Positions 30,354 to 39,906 of a DNA stretch of 64,000 nt are shown one piece after another. The DNA comes from an uncultured Gemmatimonadales bacterium (GTDB lineage Bacteria > Gemmatimonadota > Gemmatimonadetes > Gemmatimonadales > GWC2-71-9): the NCBI GenBank assembly GCA_963771275.1, contig CAVYSW010000011.1, positions 32,001 to 96,000 of the forward strand, given 5' to 3'. Both the position numbers and the translations under genes were made by a program. The notes below the pieces were generated by a model. That model saw nothing but the letters and a program-made list of their open reading frames with translations. It did not search any database and was not told where the DNA came from. Every line of letters begins with the position of its first letter. Positions within the stretch are counted from its first letter, which is position 1.

Positions 30354-31469
30354 ATGGCGTTCGTCCCCTTCGCCCTTGAGCGGTGGCAGAGCACCTGGGA
30401 ACACCAGGTGCGCATCAACCTGTCGGAGAGCGGCGTGCACGCGCTCTCGGTGGGTGAGCTCCTGGCGCTGGCCGGTGAGACGCCCGCCGTGCTGGCGGAC
30501 AAGCGGCTGGTCTACAGCCAGTCGGACGGCAGCCCCGAGCTGCGCCGCGCCGTCGCCGACCTGTACCCCGGCGCCGCTCCCGAGGACGTCACCATCACCA
30601 CCGGCAGCGCCGAGGCCAACTTCATCGCCTGCTGGGCGCTGCTCGAGCCCGGCGATCGCGTGGCGATCCAGGCACCGACCTACATGCAGATCTGGGGACT
30701 CGGCCAGAACGCCGGCGTGCGCGTGACGCCGTTCTGGCTCAAGCCCGATCGCGGCTGGGAACCCGACCCCGACGAGGTCACGCGCGCGATCGCGCCGGGC
30801 ACGAAGCTCGTGGTCGTCACCGACCCCAACAACCCCACCGGACACGTGCTGTCCCGCGCGGCCCGCGAGTTGATCGTCGCCCGGACCCGCGCAGTCGGGG
30901 CCTGGCTGCTGGTGGACGAGGTGTATCGGGGCGCCGAGCTGGATGGCGCGACGACCCCGAGCTGGTGGGGCGGCTATGAGCGGCTGATCATCGTGAACGG
31001 CCTGTCAAAGGCCTTCGGCCTGCCGGGGCTCCGCATCGGCTGGATCCTCGGTCCCCCCCAGCTGAAGCGCCCGCTGTTCGAGCGCCACGACTACACCGTG
31101 ATTGGGCCAAGCCCCGTCTCCGACTACCTCGCCAGCCGCGCGCTCGCGGTGCGCGAGCGCATCTTCGAGCGGACGCGCGGGATTCTCCACACCAACTACC
31201 CCGTGCTGGCCGACTGGCTGGCGAGCTTCGACGGGCTGTTCGACTGGCGGCAGCCGGACTGCGGCGCGATCTGCTTCGTGCGGTATCGCAGTCCCCTCTC
31301 CGCGCTGGCGCTGGTGGAGCGGGTCCGCGCCGAGCTCGGCATCCTGCTCGTCCCGGGCGACCACTTTGCGATGCCGGGGCACCTCCGGTTGGGCTACGGC
31401 AACCCCACGGGCGAGCTCCGCACCGCGCTCAACGACCTCCGCCCCTGGTTCGCGACGCTGCAGCGATAG
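30354..31469 (+). CDS. PLP-dependent aminotransferase class I/II
   Basis: DPNNPTG, DEVY, GLSKAFGLPGLRIGW (PLP lysine). Confidence 0.9.
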   Translation: MAFVPFALERWQSTWEHQVRINLSESGVHALSVGELLALAGETPAVLADKRLVYSQSDGSPELRRAVADLYPGAAPEDVTITTGSAEANFIACWALLEPGDRVAIQAPTYMQIWGLGQNAGVRVTPFWLKPDRGWEPDPDEVTRAIAPGTKLVVVTDPNNPTGHVLSRAARELIVARTRAVGAWLLVDEVYRGAELDGATTPSWWGGYERLIIVNGLSKAFGLPGLRIGWILGPPQLKRPLFERHDYTVIGPSPVSDYLASRALAVRERIFERTRGILHTNYPVLADWLASFDGLFDWRQPDCGAICFVRYRSPLSALALVERVRAELGILLVPGDHFAMPGHLRLGYGNPTGELRTALNDLRPWFATLQR

Positions 31470-31535
31470 CCGATAGCCGATGGCCGTTAGCCGACTGAGT
31501 CACGCTGCACGCTGCACGCTATACGCTGCGCGTGC
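31465..31535. repeat. Composite heptamer arrays (GWTRGCC)x4 + (YACGCTR)x4
   Basis: GATAGCC GATAGCC GATGGCC GTTAGCC ... CACGCTG CACGCTG CACGCTA TACGCTG. Confidence 0.75.
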
Positions 31536-31539
31536 AGTC

Positions 31540-31977
31540 CTAGGCCGGCTGCCCGCAGTACGTCGCGAACGCTGCCACCAGGTCTCCGGCGATCGCCGGG
31601 GCGTCGCGACCCTCGATGTCCTTGCGCTCGAGCATGTGGAGCAGCCGCCCGTTCTTGAGCAGGGCAATCTGCGGCGAGGAGGGTGGGTACCCCTCGAAGT
31701 ACTCGCGCGCCCGGGCGGTCGCGTCGAGGTCCATCCCGGCGAACACCGTCGTGAGATGGTCCGGCTTGATCGCGCCACGCAGCGCGAGCGTCACACCCGG
31801 CCGGGCCTTGCCGGCGGCGCAGCCGCACACGGAGTTCACGACCAGCAGCACCGTCGCGTTCTTCACCGCCAGGGCCCGATCCACGTCCTCGGGCGTGCGC
31901 AACTCGTTGAAGCCGATCCGGGTGAGATCGTCCCGCATCGGCTGGACTACGGTGGGATCGTATCGCACAGCGTGCAC
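31540..31977 (-). CDS. BrxA/BrxB-family bacilliredoxin (YphP/YqiW-like)
   Basis: VQPMRDDLT, VVNSVCGCAAGKARPG, TVFAG, PPSSPQIAL, IEGR. Confidence 0.9.
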   Translation of the reverse strand: MHAVRYDPTVVQPMRDDLTRIGFNELRTPEDVDRALAVKNATVLLVVNSVCGCAAGKARPGVTLALRGAIKPDHLTTVFAGMDLDATARAREYFEGYPPSSPQIALLKNGRLLHMLERKDIEGRDAPAIAGDLVAAFATYCGQPA

Positions 31978-32022
31978 CTCCCGCGCAGCGCTAATCCGAG
32001 TGAAGTACTCCTCTTTCCAAAG

Positions 32023-32955
32023 CTAACCGGTCCGGCCTGGTGCCGGCAGCCACGGCTCCGCTCGGGCTGTGAGGTCGGTGCCCGGAAACCGCGTCGGGTG
32101 CAGCAGCCGGCCGAGGATCTCGACGCCGTCCACGACCCGGGGGCCCGACCGGTTGAAGTAGGCCGAGGCGTCCGCGATCCAGGCGCGGCCGCGCGCGATG
32201 GCGCGCGCCGCAACCACACCCAGTTCGGCGGCGTGGGCATCCGCTTCGGCGCGGGACCGGTCGAGCCCGTACCCGCAGGGAATGACGAGCAGCACGTCCG
32301 GGTCCAGCGCCGCGAGGCGGCGCCACTCGACCACGCACGAGGGGCCGCCTGCCGTTCCCACCAGGCACTCCCCACCGGCCGTCTCAATCATCTCGGGTAC
32401 CCAATGGCCGGGGGCAAACACCGGATCGAGCCATTCGAGGGCGAGCACACGCACGCGGGGTCGACCGGCGACCGCACGGCGGACCGCCTCGAGCCGTTCC
32501 TGCAGGGATCCCACCACCTGCTCCGCGCGGGCCTGCACTCCGGCCGCCGCTCCGATGCGCACCAGCGACGTGAGAATGTCCGCGATCGTGTGCGCATCGA
32601 GCGAGAGAATCGTGGGGCGGTGCTCCAGCGCGCTCGCGGCCTGCCGCGCCAGGGACGTGGGGACCGCGCACACTTCGCACAGATCCTGCGCCAGAATCAG
32701 GTCGGGCGCCGCAGTCCTCAACGCCACCTCGTCCAGCTGGTACATGCCGCCGAACCGCTCCATCGCGTCGCGCACGGCGGCGTCGATGGCGCCGCTGCTC
32801 AACCCCGCCGGATCGATGCGGGCCCGGCTCACGCGCGGGCGGTCGAGCACCCGCGCGGGGTAGTCGCACTCGTGGGATATGGCCACGAGGTCCGGCTCGA
32901 GCCCGAGGGCGCAGACCATTTCCGTGGCGCTCGCGAGCAGGGACGCAATGCGCAT
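32023..32955 (-). CDS. Cobalamin/iron-siderophore-type substrate-binding-fold protein without signal peptide
   Basis: MRIASLLASATEMVCALG, SHECDYP, QDLCEVCA, EWLDP...GHWVPEMI, YFNRSGPR. Confidence 0.8.
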   Translation of the reverse strand: MRIASLLASATEMVCALGLEPDLVAISHECDYPARVLDRPRVSRARIDPAGLSSGAIDAAVRDAMERFGGMYQLDEVALRTAAPDLILAQDLCEVCAVPTSLARQAASALEHRPTILSLDAHTIADILTSLVRIGAAAGVQARAEQVVGSLQERLEAVRRAVAGRPRVRVLALEWLDPVFAPGHWVPEMIETAGGECLVGTAGGPSCVVEWRRLAALDPDVLLVIPCGYGLDRSRAEADAHAAELGVVAARAIARGRAWIADASAYFNRSGPRVVDGVEILGRLLHPTRFPGTDLTARAEPWLPAPGRTG

Positions 32956-33070
32956 GATCGGGAATGATCGCCACCCCCGAAATGGGCGGCAACCGCTCAC
33001 TTGACAGTCGTGCAGTCCCCCGGCGACATTCGACGAACCTCACCCGACGACCCACGGCGGAAGCACGAAT

Positions 33071-33346
33071 ATGCCATACATCATCTGCGAGCCCTGCGTC
33101 GGCACGATGGACCGCGGCTGTGTCGACGTGTGCCCCGTAGACTGCATCTACGAAGGCGAAGATCAGCTGTACATCCATCCCGACGAATGCATCGATTGCG
33201 GGGCCTGCGAGCCGGAGTGCCCCGTTTCGGCGATCTTCCCGGAGGAAGACGTCCCGCCGGAGTGGAAGAGCTACGTCGAGAAGAACAAGGCGTATTTCGA
33301 CGGCGGGGTGGAGCGCAAGGTCGCCCACGGGCGCGTCGCCAGCTGA
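33071..33346 (+). CDS. fdxA: Ferredoxin (FdxA-like dicluster)
   Basis: [31 protein letters not shown]. Confidence 0.92.
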   Translation: MPYIICEPCVGTMDRGCVDVCPVDCIYEGEDQLYIHPDECIDCGACEPECPVSAIFPEEDVPPEWKSYVEKNKAYFDGGVERKVAHGRVAS

Positions 33347-33372
33347 CCCTCTCGGTTCGGCAGATTGCGGGT

Positions 33373-33403
33373 GCGGCGGGCTCCTGAAGATGCCCGCCGC
33401 TTT
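33373..33403 (+). terminator. Rho-independent terminator
   Basis: GCGGCGGGC-N10-GCCCGCCGC-TTT. Confidence 0.65.
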
Positions 33404-33473
33404 GCTTGCGGGCCGTCGCCGCCCCCCGCGTGCGACGCCCGAACACGACAGGCCCGGCTAGATTCCGTCCCAC

Positions 33474-34097
33474 ATGTCCCGCCCCATCGTGATCGGCGTG
33501 GCCGGCGGATCCGCGTCGGGCAAGACGACCGTGGTGACCGAGATCGTTGGCGCCCTCGGCACCGATCGGGTCACGGTGATCGAGCACGACGCGTACTACC
33601 GCGACCGGAGTGCCGTCCCGGCAGACCGGCGGGGCGACATCAACTACGACCATCCCGACGCGCTCGAAACGGACCTCCTGATCCGGCATCTGCACGAGCT
33701 GCGGGCGGGACGGCCGGCCGCGGTGCCGGTGTACGACTTCGCAACCCACACCCGCTCCCCCCGTTCGGTGACGGCCCTGCCCCGCGGGGTGATCATCCTC
33801 GAGGGGATCCTCATCCTCGCCGAGGCGGCCCTCCGCGAGCTGATGGACATCCGGGTGTACGTGGACGCCGACGCCGATATCCGCCTGATCCGCCGGCTCG
33901 AGCGCGACCTGCACCAGCGGGGGCGCTCCCTCGAGTCGGTGGTGCACCAGTACCTCGCAACAGTGCGGCCGATGCATCTGGAGTTCGTCGAGCCGAGCAG
34001 GCGCCACGCCCATGTCATCATTCCGGAGGGGGGACGCAACCGGGTGGCGGTGGACCTGCTGCTCGCCAAAGTCCGGTCCATTCTTCGGGAGGGGTGA
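33474..34097 (+). CDS. udk: Uridine kinase
   Basis: IGVAGGSASGKTT, DAYY, NYDHPDA, EGIL, RRLERD, VRPMHLEFVEPS. Confidence 0.93.
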   Translation: MSRPIVIGVAGGSASGKTTVVTEIVGALGTDRVTVIEHDAYYRDRSAVPADRRGDINYDHPDALETDLLIRHLHELRAGRPAAVPVYDFATHTRSPRSVTALPRGVIILEGILILAEAALRELMDIRVYVDADADIRLIRRLERDLHQRGRSLESVVHQYLATVRPMHLEFVEPSRRHAHVIIPEGGRNRVAVDLLLAKVRSILREG

Positions 34098-34128
34098 TCC
34101 CGCCCGCCGGCACCGGGGGGGGGCGGAA

Positions 34129-34154
34129 TGAACAAACGGGAGGTGTCGCGCGTA
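34129..34154 (+). promoter_or_regulatory. Candidate ECF-sigma promoter
   Basis: TGAACA-N16-CGTA upstream of the Spy-like gene. Confidence 0.4.
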
Positions 34155-34203
34155 CTAGGATCAACCTCAGCACCCCACCAACCCCAACGAGGTCGACACA
34201 CCC

Positions 34204-34629
34204 ATGCGCACCACGTTTCTCGCAGTCCTGCTGTCAGCGGCGGTGAGTACGTCCGTATACGCCCAAGGCCCGGCACAGGGCCGACGGGCTCCCGCCGACC
34301 ACTGGATGACGATCGACTCCCTCGTGGCGGCCGTCGGGGTCACCGACGCCCAGAAGGCCGACGTCACGAAGCACTACGACGAGCTCAATGCGGTCATGAA
34401 GAAGGCCGCGGCCGAGCGGCAGAAGGTGATGGGCGGGATGGGCGCCGGGGAGCGCCCGTCGCAGGAGCAGATGCAGGCGTTCCGGACCACGCTCGAATCG
34501 CTGCAAACCGAGCTCGACGGCCACTACAAGGCCATTCGCGGGCTGCTCAACGCGGATCAGCAGGCCAAGTTCGACGCCCTGCCGGCCCCACGCGTCGCGA
34601 TGCGGCGCCCGCCGGGCGGCGGTAACTAG
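34204..34629 (+). CDS. Periplasmic helical Spy/CpxP-like protein
   Basis: Signal peptide; VTDAQK and LNADQQAKF (LTxxQ-like) motifs. Confidence 0.6.
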   Translation: MRTTFLAVLLSAAVSTSVYAQGPAQGRRAPADHWMTIDSLVAAVGVTDAQKADVTKHYDELNAVMKKAAAERQKVMGGMGAGERPSQEQMQAFRTTLESLQTELDGHYKAIRGLLNADQQAKFDALPAPRVAMRRPPGGGN

Positions 34630-34633
34630 GACC

Positions 34634-35584
34634 TTGCCCAGATTGTCGCGCGGGGGTGACGCCGGATTGCGGCGCCACCCCCGTTTCTCACGCCTCGCAT
34701 CGATCGGCGGCCCGGCGGTCCGACTCGGTCTGGCCACCATGCTGCTGGGGTTCGGGACACCGGTCTTCGCGCAGGCGCCGGCAACGGATATCTATCTCGC
34801 TCCGCTCTCGACGGTGGCGGGGAAGCCCGTTCTCGGCATCCCCGTCAACGTCACGCACCGCCCAGGGTATGACAACCAGCCGGCGTTTCTGCCCGACGGT
34901 TCGGGAATGCTGTACACCTCCGTGCGGGAGGACGGGCAGGCGGACATCTGGCGCTACGATCCCGCCACGGGAACCAGCAGCCGCGTCACGACGACTCCCG
35001 AGAGTGAGTACTCGCCGACGCCGCTGCCGTCCAGCCCCGGCTTCTCGGTCGTCCGGGTCGAGGCCGACTCCACGCAGCGGCTCTGGGCGTTCGCGCCGGA
35101 CGGCTCAACCCCGCGCCTGCTGCTCCCCGGCGTGAAGCCGGTCGGCTACCACGCCTGGAGCGACCGCGGCGACGTCGCGCTGTTCGTGCTCGGCTCGCCC
35201 CCCACCCTGCAGCTTGTGCCCGCCGGCGACACCGCTCCGATCGAGGTGGCGCGCGACATTGGGCGCGGGCTCCAGCGCGTCCCGGGCGAGCGGCGCATCC
35301 TGTTCGCGCAGCGCGACTCGGCGGGTTTCGTCATCACCAGCCTCAATCTCGATGACCGCGCCGTGACGGCGGTGGTGCGCGCACCGCTCAACGACTTCTT
35401 CGCGTACACGGGCGGCGCCCTGGTCGCCGCCGACAGTACCCGTCTCCTGAGGTTTCGCCCGGGCGTCGATTCTGCGTGGATCCCGGGTGACGATCTCGCC
35501 GCGCTGGGCATCCGGCGCGTGACGCGGATCGCCGTGAGCCCGCGGGGAGACTACGTGGCGTTTGTAGCGGACGACAGCCGGTAG
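34634..35584 (+). CDS. Exported TolB-like/PD40 beta-propeller protein (start may be 34739)
   Basis: PGYDNQPAFLPDG, ESEYSPTP, VGYHAW, RIAVSPRG. Confidence 0.75.
   Translation: MPRLSRGGDAGLRRHPRFSRLASIGGPAVRLGLATMLLGFGTPVFAQAPATDIYLAPLSTVAGKPVLGIPVNVTHRPGYDNQPAFLPDGSGMLYTSVREDGQADIWRYDPATGTSSRVTTTPESEYSPTPLPSSPGFSVVRVEADSTQRLWAFAPDGSTPRLLLPGVKPVGYHAWSDRGDVALFVLGSPPTLQLVPAGDTAPIEVARDIGRGLQRVPGERRILFAQRDSAGFVITSLNLDDRAVTAVVRAPLNDFFAYTGGALVAADSTRLLRFRPGVDSAWIPGDDLAALGIRRVTRIAVSPRGDYVAFVADDSR
34651..34688 (+). terminator. Rho-independent terminator-like hairpin
   Basis: CGGGGGTGACGCCG-GATTG-CGGCGCCACCCCCG-TTTCT. Confidence 0.55.
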
Positions 35585-35600
35585 CACAGTCTCGAGTAGG

Positions 35601-35662
35601 TTGTTAAGGCGCGTGGGGTTTGTTAAGCTTTCCGGCGCCCTGGCCCTCATTGTGAGCAATGA
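35601..35662. promoter_or_regulatory. Candidate operators upstream of the Ehr operon
   Basis: Direct repeat TTGTTAAG (35601, 35620) and palindrome TCATTG-TGAG-CAATGA (35647-35662). Confidence 0.45.
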
Positions 35663-35685
35663 CCCCTTCGAGCCGTCCCGCCTGA

Positions 35686-36381
35686 ATGCAGCTTACCGTC
35701 CGTCAAGCTGCGGCGTATCTCCAAGTCGACGAGTCGACCGTCCGCAGCTGGATCAGGAAGCGCGGGCTTCCCGCGCATAGCGCGAACGAACGGCTGTACC
35801 TCAACGCGGTCGAGCTGTGGCAATGGGCGACCGAAAACGGGATCACCGTCTCCAGGGGTCTGCTGGACGACGCGCGCCGCGTGCCCGAGGAGGTGCCGCC
35901 GCTTTCGACCCTGCTGCGCGCCGGGGGAGTTCACGCCGCCGTGGGTGGCGAGGACAAGGCCGGTGCGTTGCGCGAGGTCGTGATGCGATTGCCCCTGCCG
36001 CCGGACTTGGACCGGGATTTTCTCATCGGGGTATTGGAAGCCCGCGAAGCGATGGGGTCGACGGGAGTCGGTGACGGCATCGCCATCCCGCACGCCCGGA
36101 ACCCGATCGTGCTCCACGTCGCCGAGCCACTCGTGGCACTCTGCCTGTTGCGCCACCCGGTGGACTTCGACGCCGTGGACGGCGTACCGGTGCACGCGCT
36201 CTTCGTCGTCATCAGCCCAAGCGTCCCCGCCCACCTCAAGATCCTCAGCCGCCTCGGCCTGGTCCTGCGCGACGCGACGCTCCGGCAGTTGCTGCGTGAG
36301 CGTGCCGACGCCCAAGCCGTGATCGGACGAGTCCAGGAGATGGAGGTGCGTTCCACGGAGTTCTTCCGGGCGCAGCGATGA
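35686..36381 (+). CDS. Excisionase-like HTH (HTH_17) - PTS EIIA(Ntr/Fru-type) fusion protein, copy 1
   Basis: LTVRQAAAYLQVDESTVRSWIRKRGLPA; REAMGSTGVGDGIAIPH (phospho-His); ATGA overlap with the next gene. Confidence 0.88.
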   Translation: MQLTVRQAAAYLQVDESTVRSWIRKRGLPAHSANERLYLNAVELWQWATENGITVSRGLLDDARRVPEEVPPLSTLLRAGGVHAAVGGEDKAGALREVVMRLPLPPDLDRDFLIGVLEAREAMGSTGVGDGIAIPHARNPIVLHVAEPLVALCLLRHPVDFDAVDGVPVHALFVVISPSVPAHLKILSRLGLVLRDATLRQLLRERADAQAVIGRVQEMEVRSTEFFRAQR

Positions 36382-38351
36382 TCGCCGTCCTCGCCGGTCT
36401 CGCTCTGGTGCTGCTGGGCGGCGTCGCGGCCGTCGTGCTGCGGAGCCGGCCCCGCGCCGCTGCGGGGACCTACCGCGCCCTGGTCGTCGGCGGCTCCGCG
36501 GTGGCGCTCCTGCCGGCGCTGGCGGTCCTCCGAGGCACCGCCGTCCCATCGATCAACCTGCCGGCGCAGCTGCCCGGCGGGAGCTGGGTGATGGGGCTCG
36601 ATGCCCTGTCCGCCTGGTTCCTGGTGTGCATCCTCGGAGTGGGCGCCGTTGCCGCCGCGTTCGGGACGTGGTATCTGGCCGGCGAGCGCGACCACGGCGG
36701 CGTGCCCCAGGCGCAGGTCGGGTTCGCCGTGCTGCTCGTGGCGCTGTCCCTCGTCGTCACCGCCCGGGCCGCCCTGTTCTTCCTCGCCGCGTGGGAGCTG
36801 ATGGCGCTGGCGGGCTACTTCCTCGTGGTGTTCGACGATCGGCGCGCGGAGGTGCGTCGCGCAGGGCTCGTCTATCTAGTCGCCACGCACACGGGCACCC
36901 TGCTGCTGTTCGTGGTATTCGGCCTCTGGAGCCTGCACGCCCCCGACTTCACCTTCGCGTCCCTGGCCGCGACCGCACGGCCACTCGGCTCCATGCGCCC
37001 GCTGCTGCTGGGCATTGGGCTGGTCGCGTTCGGCTTGAAGGCCGGGTTCGTCCCGCTGCATTTCTGGCTGCCGGAAGCCCACGCGGGGGCCCCGTCGCAC
37101 GTGTCGGCGATCATGTCCGGCGTGGTCATCAAGATGGGCATCTACGGCGTGCTGCGCATGGTGACCATGCTGGGTACGCCGCCGGCGTGGTGGGGCTGGT
37201 CGGTGTTGGCGCTCGGTACCGTGTCCGGGATATTGGGCGTGCTCTGGGCCCTGGCGCAGCACGACCTGAAGCGCCTGCTCGCGTATCACAGCGTCGAGAA
37301 CATCGGGATCATCCTGATGGGGATCGGGGCGGGGGCCCTCGGCCTGGCATATCGCGTCCCGCTGCTTGCGGCCCTCGGGTTCCTCGGCGCGATGCTGCAC
37401 ACGCTCAACCACGCGCTGTTCAAGAGCCTGTTGTTCCTCGGGGCCGGATCCATTCTCCGGGCAACGGGCACCCGCGACCTCGAGCGGCTCGGCGGCCTCG
37501 CGCGGCGCATGCCATTCACCTGGATCGCGTTTCTCGTGGGCGCCGTCGCGATCGTCGGTCTGCCGCCACTCAATGGCTTCGTGAGTGAATGGGTCGTCTT
37601 CCAGGCGCTGTTCGGCGCCGGCCACAGCGGCACCCCGGCGGCGCTGGCCGCATTCGGCTCCGCCGCACTCGGTCTGATTGGTGGCCTCGCGCTGGCGTGC
37701 TTCGCGAAAGTGTGCGGCACCGTCTTCCTCGGGCAGCCACGCTCGGCGGCCGCGGCCGGCGCGGCGGAGTGTTCGTCGGGATCCTGGGTGCCCATGCTGG
37801 CTTTGGCGCTGGCCTGCGTCGTGATCGGTGTGCTCCCGTGGATGGTGCTGCCACCCGCCGTGCGCGTCGCGGGCCTGGTCGCCGGGATGCCGCCCGGCGA
37901 CGCCGCCACGCTGACGGCGGGGACGCTGGACGGCGCGCGCCGCATCACCACCATCGCAGCGGTGCTGGCGGGCCTCGTCGGCGCCGCGGCTCTGGTGCGG
38001 GCGGTCGCCCTGCGACGGACGGGGACGGCGGTGAGCGAGACCTGGGCCTGCGGCTACGCGGCGCCCACCGCCCGCATGCAGTACTCCGCTTCCTCCTTCG
38101 CGGCGCCGCTGGTGGGCCTGTTCGGGTCGCTCGGTGGCGTCGCAGTCCACCACACGGCAAGCCACTTCTCCACCCACCCGGCCAACGTCATGCTCGACCG
38201 CGTGCTGGCCCCGGTGTGGCGCGGCCTGCGCCAAGCGGGCGGACGGCTGCGGCCGATACAGCAGGGCCGCCTGCAGCTCTACCTGCTGTACATCGTCGCC
38301 ACCGTCAGTGCGCTGCTGGTCTACCTGGTCGCCTCCGGAGGTGGCCCGTGA
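36378..38351 (+). CDS. hyfB: Ehr/Hyf antiporter-like membrane subunit (HyfB-like)
   Basis: AWELM, KAGFVPLHFWLPEAH, KMGIYG, KRLLAYHSVENIG, NHALFK, PPLNGFVSEW, TWACGY. Confidence 0.9.
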   Translation: MIAVLAGLALVLLGGVAAVVLRSRPRAAAGTYRALVVGGSAVALLPALAVLRGTAVPSINLPAQLPGGSWVMGLDALSAWFLVCILGVGAVAAAFGTWYLAGERDHGGVPQAQVGFAVLLVALSLVVTARAALFFLAAWELMALAGYFLVVFDDRRAEVRRAGLVYLVATHTGTLLLFVVFGLWSLHAPDFTFASLAATARPLGSMRPLLLGIGLVAFGLKAGFVPLHFWLPEAHAGAPSHVSAIMSGVVIKMGIYGVLRMVTMLGTPPAWWGWSVLALGTVSGILGVLWALAQHDLKRLLAYHSVENIGIILMGIGAGALGLAYRVPLLAALGFLGAMLHTLNHALFKSLLFLGAGSILRATGTRDLERLGGLARRMPFTWIAFLVGAVAIVGLPPLNGFVSEWVVFQALFGAGHSGTPAALAAFGSAALGLIGGLALACFAKVCGTVFLGQPRSAAAAGAAECSSGSWVPMLALALACVVIGVLPWMVLPPAVRVAGLVAGMPPGDAATLTAGTLDGARRITTIAAVLAGLVGAAALVRAVALRRTGTAVSETWACGYAAPTARMQYSASSFAAPLVGLFGSLGGVAVHHTASHFSTHPANVMLDRVLAPVWRGLRQAGGRLRPIQQGRLQLYLLYIVATVSALLVYLVASGGGP

Positions 38352-39268
38352 CCGCCAGCGCCTGGCTGACGCTCGGCTGCGCGCTCGTCCTGGCGCCGGC
38401 GCTCCCGGGCGTCGCCACTCGGACCAGGAACCTGCTCACGGCGCGCCGGGGGGCCCCCGTGCTGCAGCTCTACCGCGACCTGGTGAAGCTCTGGCGCAAG
38501 GGCGCGGTGTACAGCCCCATCACGACGTGGGCCTTCCGCGCCGGCCCCATGATCCTGTTCGCCACGACCGTGCTGGCGGTCGGCCTGCTGCCGCTCGACG
38601 GGCGCTCGGCCCCGCTCACGTTCGCCGGCGATTTCGTCGCGCTCGCCGCCCTTCTGGCGCTCGGCCGGTTTGCCCTCGTGCTCGCCGCCCTCGACACGGG
38701 GTCGAGCTTCGAGGGAATGGGAGCGAGCCGCGAGGGGACATTCGGCAGTCTCACCGAGCCCGCGCTCTTCCTGTGCTTCGCCGCGCTGGCGATCGGCACC
38801 CGCCAGGACTCGCTGGCCGGAATGCTCGGTGCCGCGCTTGGGCCCGTCTGGAGCATCGCGGGACCGGGACTCGCGATGGTCGCCGGCAGTCTGTTCCTGC
38901 TCACGCTCGCCGAGGCCGGTCGCGTACCGCTGGACGATCCGGCCACCCATCTCGAGCTCACCATGATCCACGAGGTCATGGTGCTCGATCACAGCGGGCC
39001 CGACCTTGCCCTCGTGCAGTATGCGGGGGCACTCAAGCTGACGCTGTTCGGCAGCATGCTCACGGCGGTGCTGATCCCCAGGGCGACGCTTCCCCCCGCG
39101 CTGGCCATCGCGGCGTGGGTCGCGGGGCTCCTCGTCGTCGCCGCCGCCGTGGGCGTGGTCGAGGCCACGATGGCGCGCCTGCGGCTCACGCGCGTGCCCC
39201 AGCTGTTGGTGGCCGCCGCGGTCCTGCCCGCGCTCGCCATGCTCCTGCTCTTCGGCACCGCGCGATGA
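38348..39268 (+). CDS. hyfC: Ehr/Hyf membrane subunit (HyfC/NuoH-like)
   Basis: GAPVLQLYRDLVKL, SSFEGMGASRE, EAGRVPLDDPATHLELTMIHEVMVLDHSG. Confidence 0.9.
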   Translation: MTASAWLTLGCALVLAPALPGVATRTRNLLTARRGAPVLQLYRDLVKLWRKGAVYSPITTWAFRAGPMILFATTVLAVGLLPLDGRSAPLTFAGDFVALAALLALGRFALVLAALDTGSSFEGMGASREGTFGSLTEPALFLCFAALAIGTRQDSLAGMLGAALGPVWSIAGPGLAMVAGSLFLLTLAEAGRVPLDDPATHLELTMIHEVMVLDHSGPDLALVQYAGALKLTLFGSMLTAVLIPRATLPPALAIAAWVAGLLVVAAAVGVVEATMARLRLTRVPQLLVAAAVLPALAMLLLFGTAR

Positions 39269-39906
39269 CCGCGCTCGCCTCGCTGCTGCTGATCACCGTG
39301 GTGCTCACGGATTTCGCCATCCTGGCGACCAGCCGGCTCAGCACCTGCATCCGGGCCATCGGCGTCCAGGGACTGCTCCTGGCCGCGCTGCCGCTCGCGC
39401 TGCACTCGGCGTGGTCCGTCCACGTGGCCGCCCTGGCACTCGGCACCGCCGTCGTGAAAGCGGTGGTGCTGCCCTGGTTCCTCACCTGGGCGATTCGCGA
39501 AGCCAACGTCCGGCGGGAGGTCGAACCGCTCATCGGCTTCGCCACCTCGGTGCTGCTGGGCACCGTGACCGTGGCGGCCGCGTTCCTGGTCGCCCCCAGG
39601 CTCCCGCTCCCGGATCGCGACGGCACCCTCCTGGTCGCCGTCGCCCTGTCGAACGTGCTGACCGGGCTCATCGTGCTCACCTCGCGCCTCAAGGCCATCA
39701 CCCAGGTCGTGGGCTATCTCATGCTCGAGAACGGCATCTTCGTGTTCGGCCTCACGCAGACCGAGCGCGTGCCGTTCCTGCTGGAGCTGGGCGTGCTGCT
39801 GGACGTCTTCGTGGGCGTCTTCATCATGGGCATCGTCGTGTTTCACATCAATCGCGAGTTCGACTCGCTCAGCTCCACCGAGCTCGAGGAGCTGAAGGAC
39901 GCATGA
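39265..39906 (+). CDS. hyfE: Ehr/Hyf membrane subunit (HyfE-like)
   Basis: QVVGYLMLENGIF, ELGVLLDVFV; ATGA overlaps on both sides. Confidence 0.88.
   Translation: MTALASLLLITVVLTDFAILATSRLSTCIRAIGVQGLLLAALPLALHSAWSVHVAALALGTAVVKAVVLPWFLTWAIREANVRREVEPLIGFATSVLLGTVTVAAAFLVAPRLPLPDRDGTLLVAVALSNVLTGLIVLTSRLKAITQVVGYLMLENGIFVFGLTQTERVPFLLELGVLLDVFVGVFIMGIVVFHINREFDSLSSTELEELKDA

Noticed and set aside
30248..31535. Heptamer arrays as CRISPR repeats
   Set aside because: Units are 7 bp with no unique spacers and no cas genes.
32956..33070. Cobalamin riboswitch upstream of the BtuF-like gene
   Set aside because: Spacer is only ~115 bp, shared with the divergent ferredoxin, with no recognisable B12 box.
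35686..35860. Excisionase-like HTH domains as signs of an integrative element
   Set aside because: Both are fused to EIIA domains; no integrase, att repeat or tRNA target seen.
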